A stretch of DNA of 64,000 nucleotides, from assembly GCA_964016885.1 (NCBI GenBank), contig OZ024740.1, forward strand, positions 382,292,001 through 382,356,000, read 5' to 3'. The DNA is from Eledone cirrhosa (Eukaryota). The notes under the pieces were generated by a model, which made no database searches, was not told the DNA's origin, and was given only the letters and a program-made list of their open reading frames with translations. This document shows positions 56,069 to 64,000 of this stretch, piece by piece; the first letter of the stretch is position 1; each line of letters begins with the position of its first letter. The position numbers and the translations under genes are program-made.

Positions 56069-57439
56069 TTCCCCGATTTGCCCACTCAGTCGCTTCTTCC
56101 ACCACGGCTCTGCTCTTTCTTGTCTGTTGTTTCCTCTCGCTTATATACCAAGTAGTTTCCTCACCGTATTTGCTGTTGCTTTGAGGATATTGTTGCACTG
56201 GTGAAGACTCCTCGCCTCAAGGTATGGGATGACTTTGTTTACCTTAGCTGTTGTTTCTTTTAACTTTTTCCTGTCTACAAATCTTAGGTTCATAGGTCTC
56301 CCACTATCATTGTTCAACTCATCTACCACTAAATTTAGGATGTCAACCGAATCTTGTCCTAGCCCGTCAGCATTCATCTCCTCAGTGGCCGTATCTCTGT
56401 TCCAGGTATTATTTATCTCAGTATTCAGATCATTGTCTGCTTCGGGTGGTTCCTCCGTTCTCAGGACCTCCTCACCTTCATTTCCCGCCGGCTCGCTTGT
56501 CTGGCATACTACACCCGCCATCTCCAAGCCATTCTCTCTGCTCAGTTCCTCCAGTTCCAGCTCGCTTATCCACCCATTAGTTCTTATTACCCGAGCCTGC
56601 CCGGCCAATTTTTGTTCATCTAATTTAAATAAACCAATCTCGTTCCAGATGTTATGCATCCGTCTCCTGTAGCCCCTCTCCTTGGGGTTACTTTTCAGGT
56701 AGCATTGCATAACAGTTCTATTCAATTCTTTCGTCCAGTTGGTTCTGGCCCCTTTCCTTCTTCTTCTTCCTCCAACATCAGCAGTATTTGGTTGACAGTC
56801 AGGTTCCTGCTGTTGAGCCAGGGGGCACCTGTTGGGTGAGAGTCTGTCACATGACGTTCTAGTCTCCATTTCACCGTTATTCGAACTGTTTATGTTCGAT
56901 ATTTAAACACTCTTATCGAGGATTGGCGAATGTATGTTTACATAGCCATCTGTGGATCCGCCATCCCACTTGGCCCTTGTGTGGCATTATCACCATGCTG
57001 TATACGGACACACATAAACAAACAAACACACGGGCAGAAAGGGCCCCAAAAATGAATAAGCATAAGTTTCATTGTAATGTAGTATTCGAATGTCTGACTT
57101 AGTTTTTGTTTTTTAAGTTTTACTTTTTCCCCCCTCTTCTCTGTCCGTCCGCCTGCTTCTCTCTTCATTCTTATTTTCTTTACGTTTTTGGGGTTTCTTT
57201 TTTTGTTTTTGTTTTTCTCTGTTTTTCTCGTTTTTTACTGTTGTTGCTGTGCTGCTTTTGTTGTTTGTTTTTTCTTTTTTCTTTTGAGTCTATCTATATA
57301 TTTTGATGCCTTCCTCTTTGTTAGTAGTAGGAATTCTATAATGTGGAAGTGGTAGCCAGCAGAGACTGGCAGCGTTGGCGATACTGAGACAGTGGTGGTG
57401 GTGATGTCGATACCGAGGCAGTGGTGGCGGTGATGCGAC

Positions 57440-58080
57440 CGTATTACTGTAGTGATGGTGCTGTAGCGGTGGCAGCAGCAGTGAAGGAGTCAGAGGGTGG
57501 TGGCGGCGGTGATGGGATAGTGGTGGTAATGACAGCCGTAGTGAGCGGTGGCGGTGAAGGTGAAAATGCTGTTGTGTTTAGTGTACACAGATGATGGGGT
57601 GGGTGGTGTATCTAGTTTCTGGTGTTGGTGAGTTTCGCTGTCCTATATAGTGTAGCCAGAGGAGAGGAGGGGGGGGGGTTCTTCTTCTTCCATTTATAGC
57701 CATTTTATTTTTTTTGGGATATACAGTGTACAATACAAAGTTGAATATTTGAATATTTGAGCCGTATTACTGTAGTGATGGTGCTGTAGCGGTGGCAGCA
57801 GCAGTGAAGGAGTCAAGGGGTGGTGGCGGCGGTGATGGGATAGTGGTGGTAATGATGGCCGTAGTGAGCGGTGGCGGTGACGGTGAAAATGCTGTTGTGT
57901 TTAGTGTACACAGATGATGGGGTGGGTGGTGTATCTAGTTTCTGGTGTTGGTGAGTTTCGCTGTCCTATATAGTGTAGCCAGAGGAGAGGAGGGGGGGGG
58001 GTTCTTCTTCTTCCATTTATAGCCATTTTTTTTTGGATATACAGTGTACAATACAAAGTTGAATATTTGAATATTTGAGC
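57440..58080. repeat. Tandem duplication, unit about 320 bp
   Basis: CCGTATTACTGTAGTGATGG...GAATATTTGA occurs twice (about 57440-57760 and 57761-58080). Confidence 0.9.
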
Positions 58081-58247
58081 CTTATAACAATATATTTTGG
58101 GTCCGAATTTTTTTGGGGCTCAAGCCAGGTGCTTTACGTAGCATTTGTACTAAGAGTTGTTATTTCACAAATGATTTAAATATGTTAAAAATTCAAAACT
58201 TACGGGAGCGATTTCATGACCTCCGTCACCTCGTGCGTCTTCTTCCC

Positions 58248-58302
<55 letters not shown>

Positions 58303-58304
<2 letters not shown>

Positions 58305-60320
58305 TTTGAGTCTCAGTCATTGATGTTAGTTAACTGGAAAGTTTGTTGAAATGAATATCAAGGCACTACCTGCAGCCTCAGATATTCAGGACGTATCGGA
58401 GGGTTCTTGCTGTTCCCAGCAAGCATGCCTTTTGAAGCGTTCCAAAAAGCGTGAAGGGGCCAATTTTCTTTAACCATCCCTGGAAACCTTTTGAGATAGT
58501 ACCTAGTGCGCCTATGACAATCGGGCCCACTTTGACTTCATGGCAGTTCCAAATCCTTTTTACCTCCCAATTTAAGTCCTGGTATCGGTTACTTTTCTCC
58601 CTCTCCTTCTCTTGCACTCTCGTGTCGAATGGCAGGCAACATCCACAATCAGGCACGATCTTTTTCATTTGTCCACAACCACCAGGTCAGGTCTATTGTG
58701 TTCCAGTTTCTTGTCCGTCTGTATCCTAAAATCCCACAGTACCTTCACCTGATCGTTTTCTATAACCGACTCTGGCTTATGCTCATACCACTTCTCAGAA
58801 TGTGGTAAATTGTTTACTTTGCATAGGTGCCTTGTAAATATGGTGTTTCAACAACTTCGTTTTGAGGGCCTTCTCCTGCGCAGCCATTAACATTCCTTCT
58901 GTAGCCTTTTTAAGGTCTCCTCTTTTCAACCAGTTCCATGTCTGTGGATCTCTAGATTCAGTTTTCTCAAAGAAGGTACTATGAACGGATTTTTCATCAA
59001 GGTTGCTATGCCTCCTTGTTATTTCCTCCTTGGACATCCCCTGGTCTATTGTCCTCTCCTTCAGTACAATTCTGAACATTGGCTCCCTACTATCTGTCAC
59101 ATATTTGTGTAGGTTGTTTTTCTCCATCTGAACATAGTCCTCTATGCTGATAAGACCTCTTCCACCTTCAGATCTCCTTAAGTAGAGTCTATCGACATCA
59201 CTCCTCTTGTGGAACATGTTGTAGATAGTCAATAGCTTCCTAGTCTTCCTATCCATTTCTTTTTGTTAAGCAACATTCCATCTCAGAATTCCCGCAGTGT
59301 ACCTAATAATAGACACAGCTCCGGAATTGACTGCACTTATGGCTTTCCTACTGTTCAGATGTAACTTTAATACGCTCCTTATTCTCCGAATGTATTCAGT
59401 TCTTATCAATTCCTTCATTTTTTGTTCTTGATGTCATCAGCCTCCAGAACACCCAAATACTTGTATCCTTCTTCAGAGTCAATTTCCTTTCTCATCTCAC
59501 CTGTTGGTACCTGGATTCCGTTACTTCTGCTCAATTTACCCCTCTTCATCACAAGGACTCCACACTTACTAATACCAAATTGCATACATATATCATTGCT
59601 GAAAATAGGGACAGTGTCAACAGGCACATCCAACTCCTTCTCACTCTACCCGAAGAGCTTAAGATCGTCCATGAAGAGGAGGTGATTGATGGTAAGCCCT
59701 CCCTTTCCCAACCTGTATCCTGCTCTCACTTTTCGCAGTACACTGGTCAGGGGCATCAGGGCAAGGACAAACAACAGAGGGGACAGACTATCTCCCTGGA
59801 AGATACCTTTCTTGATCTTCACGCTTCCCAAGGATTCTCCAGTTGATGTGAACTCTGTTTCCCAGGACTTCATACTTTTGCACAACAACTGTCTGATGTT
59901 ATCTGCCACCCTGAAGATCTCCAGGCTTTTGGTGATCCAAGAATGAGGCACCATGTCAAATGCCTTTTTTGTAGTCTATTCATCCCATGGCAAGACCAGT
60001 GTGTCTCCTCCTGCAATTCCTCATTACCATCTTATCAATAAGTAACTGGTCCTTTGTACCACGTGACTTCTTTCAGCATCCTTTCTGTTCATCCGGTAAC
60101 AAGTTGTTTGTGTGGAGGTGATGGTAGATTTCCTCAGACATAATGCTTGTCAACAGTTTCCACATTACGGACAGACATGTGATAGTTCTATAGTTGGTAA
60201 CATGATTACCCTTGATTCGGTCTTTCATTGTCAGAACTGTGGTACCTTTTGTCAACCACTCTGGTACCTCAAGTGACATCAAGCAGTCATTGAACATGGT
60301 TGTCAGTTTCGGGTGGAGGG
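58303..60320 (-). pseudogene. R4/Dong-like family X copy, truncated and degenerate
   Basis: Fragmented ORFs 58378-60297, an internal deletion near 58830, bounded by (TTA)n. Confidence 0.9.
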
Positions 60321-60377
<57 letters not shown>

Positions 60378-60378
<1 letters not shown>

Positions 60379-63107
60379 CTTGAATCTCAGTCATTGATGT
60401 TAGTTAACTGTAAAGTCCGTTGGAATGAATATCAAGCCACTACCTGCAGCCTCAGATATTCAGGACGTATCGGATGGTTCTTGCTGTTCCCAGCAAGCAT
60501 GCCTTTTGAAGCGTTCCAAAAAGCGTGAAGGGGCCGATTTTCTTTAACCATCCCTGGAAACTTTTGGAGATAGTCCCCAGTGCGCCTATGACAATCGGGA
60601 TCACTTTGAAATCATGGCAGTTCCAAATCATTTTTACCTCCCACTTTAAGTCCTGGTATCGGTTCATTTTCTCCCTCTCCTTCTCTTGCACTCTCGTGTC
60701 GAATGGGCAGGCCACATCCACAATCAGACACGATCTATTTTCTTTGTCCACAACCACCAGGTCAGGTCTATTGTGTTCCAGTTTCTTGTCCGTCTGTATC
60801 CTAAAATCCCACAGCACCTTCACCTGATCGTTCTCCATCACCGCCTCTGGGTTATGCTCATACCATTTCTCAGAATGTGGTAAATTGTTTACTTTGCACA
60901 GATGCCAGTGGATCACTCTGCCCATCACATCATGTCTCCAGCCCTTATAGTGGGTCTGGGCTAGGTGTTTACACTCGGATACAATGTGAGCCACAGTCTC
61001 CTCTCTCTCTCCACAGATCCTGCACAGTGGGCTAGCCTCCTCCTTGTAAATATGGTGTTTCAACCACTTCGTTTTGAGGGCCTGCTCCTGCGCAGCCATT
61101 AACATTCCTTCTGTAGCCTTTTTAAGGTCTCCTCTTCTCAACCAGTTCCATGTCTGTGGATCTCTTAATTCAAGTTTTCTCAAAGAAGGTACTATGAAGG
61201 AATTTTTCCTGAAGGCTGCTCTTTCTCCTTGATGTTATTTCCTCCTTGGACATCCCCTGGCCTATTGTCCCCTCCTTCAGTACAGTTCTGAGCATTGGCT
61301 CCTTACTATCAGTCACGTATTTGTGTAGGTTGTTTTTCTCCATCTGAACACAGTCCTCTATGCTGATAAGACCTCTTCCAACCTCACATCTCCTTAGGTA
61401 GTGTCTATCGACATCACTCCTCTTGTGGAACATGTTGTAGATAGTCAATAGCTTCCTAGTCTTCCTATCCATTTCTTTTTGTTCAGCAACATTCCGTCTC
61501 AGAATTCCCGCACTGTACCTAATAATAGACACAGCTCGGCAATTTACTGCGCTTATGTCATTTCTGCTGTTCAGATGTGACTTCAATACGCTCCTTACTC
61601 TCCGAATGTATTCAGTTCTTAACAATTCCTTCATTTTTTTGTTCTTTATGCCATCAGCCTCCAGAACGCCCAAATACTTGTATCCTTCCTCAGAGTCAAT
61701 TTCCTTTATCATCTCACCTGTTGGTATCTGGATTCCGTTACTTCTGCTCAACCTAGCCTCCTCATCACAATGACTCCACACTTACTAATACCAAACTGCA
61801 TACATATTTCACTGCTGAAAATACGGACAGTGTCAACAAGCACATCCAACTCCTTCTCACTCTTCCCGAAGAGCTTAAGATCGTCCATGAAGAGGAGGTG
61901 ATTGATGGTAAGCCCTCCCTTTCCCAACCCGTATCCTGCTCTCACTTTTCGGAGTACACTGGTCAGGGGCATCAGGGCAAGGACAAACAACAGAGGGGAC
62001 AGGCTATCTCCCTGGAAGATACCTCTCTTGATCTTCACGCTTCCCAATGATTCTCCAGTTGATGTCAACTCTGTTTCCCAGGACCTCATACTCTTGCCCA
62101 ACAACTGTCTGATGTTATCTGCCACCTTGAAGATCTCCAGGCTTTTGATGATCCAAGAATGAGGCACCATGTCAAATGCCTTTGTGTAGTCTATCCATCC
62201 CATGGCAAGATCACTGTGTCTCCTCCTGCAATTCCCCATTACCATCTTATCAATAAGTAACTGGTCCTTTGTACCACGTGACTTCTTTCGGCATCCTTTC
62301 TGTTCGTCCGGTAACAAGTTGTTCGTGTGGAGGTGATGGTAGATTTCCTCATACATAATGCTCGTCAACAGTTTCCACATTACGGACAGACATGTGATAG
62401 GTCTATAGTTGGTAACATGATTACCCTTGATTCGGTCTTTCATTATCAGAACTGTGGTACCTTTTGTCAACCACTCTGGTACCTCACCTGACATCAAGCA
62501 GTCATTGAACATGGTTGTCAGTTTCGGGTGGAGGGATGTTATATTTTTAATCCAATACCCCTGCATACCATCTGGGCCTGGTGATTTCCAGTTGGTTAGT
62601 TTTTTGGCCTGCCCCTTAAGAGTTTCAACTGTGATTCACAAATCAGTTTGCTGGTGTGCCTGCTCACCGATCTCCCTCTGTACTGTCTCAATCCACCCTG
62701 CCTGGTCATTATGTCTAACATCCTGCTCCCATATTCCTCTCCAGAATGTTTTAGTTTGTTCCGCCTCAGGGATCATGTCGTTGCCTCTTTCTTTCCCCTC
62801 AAGCTGTCCAAACAGCATCTTCTGGTTGTTGTCGAACATGCGGTTCTGTTTATACTGACTGACTCTGTTCTCGTATCGCCTGATTTTTGCACTCTTTGCT
62901 ACAATGCGTTGCTTCAGTTCCTCTATGATAATATTTAGCTTTTTCCTCCTAGTTTTGTACTTTATTTCCAGTCTATTTTTAGTGCCTATGTTTTTTAGTG
63001 TCCCATTCAGTAGGGACTCAAGCTTTCCAATGTCATTTCTCATTTCCCTGATTTGACCACTCAGTCGTTTCTTCCACAAGGCTCTGCTCTTTCTTGTCTG
63101 TTGTCTC

Positions 63108-63110
<3 letters not shown>
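60378..63110 (-). pseudogene. R4/Dong-like family X copy, 5'-truncated and frameshifted
   Basis: ORFs 60452-61183, 61170-61781, 61748-62566 and 62636-63112 are collinear with the 53.4 kb copy. Confidence 0.9.
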
Positions 63111-63915
<805 letters not shown>

Positions 63916-64000
63916 ATTCATAATCACAAGTAATCATATATATATATAGTAAATCTACAATGTATATATGATAGGAAGTAGTACGTATGAAAGAGAGAAA

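Larger units (their letters stand above)
53401..58248 (-). mobile_element. Near full-length R4/Dong-like non-LTR retrotransposon (family X)
   Basis: N-terminal ORF 56141-56869 (NWTKELN..VM.CY..S.P..RGYRRRM..IW), RT/CCHC/RLE ORF 53702-56068 and a C-terminal piece to 53477, interrupted by stops or a frameshift. Putative 5' UTR runs to the (TTA)n at 58248. Confidence 0.85.

Noticed and set aside
51706-62938. Repeated plus-strand ORFs (MKGPIFF..., MAFLLFR..., MMVSSP...)
   Set aside because: Antisense shadows of the minus-strand R4-like ORF.

Overview
AT-rich animal genomic DNA, mostly repeats. The repeat content resembles a coleoid cephalopod such as octopus (inference). I found no host protein-coding exon; most short ORFs are microsatellite or antisense artefacts. 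From about 2.7 to 46.6 kb, (TA)n tracts carry many Penelope-like element (PLE) insertions. These include six minus-strand RT and/or GIY-YIG bodies and many short insertions that form long inverted repeats. I can read more than 20 hammerhead-ribozyme (HHR) motifs by eye in them, mostly minimal type I with a palindromic stem III, some with U3:A8 compensated cores. Three non-coding units of about 0.5 kb are terminally redundant or circularly permuted, like retrozymes. One tRNA-derived SINE is inserted as a PLE-style hairpin in (TA)n. Several flanks are mirrored across (TA)n tracts. Degenerate CR1-like, RTE and L1/Tx1-like LINE fragments and a second SINE family are interspersed. From 49.8 to 63.9 kb lies a head-to-tail array of seven R4/Dong-like (RLE) retrotransposon copies from two families, separated by (TTA)n, one close to full length. 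All folds and coordinates were read manually and may be off by a few bases.
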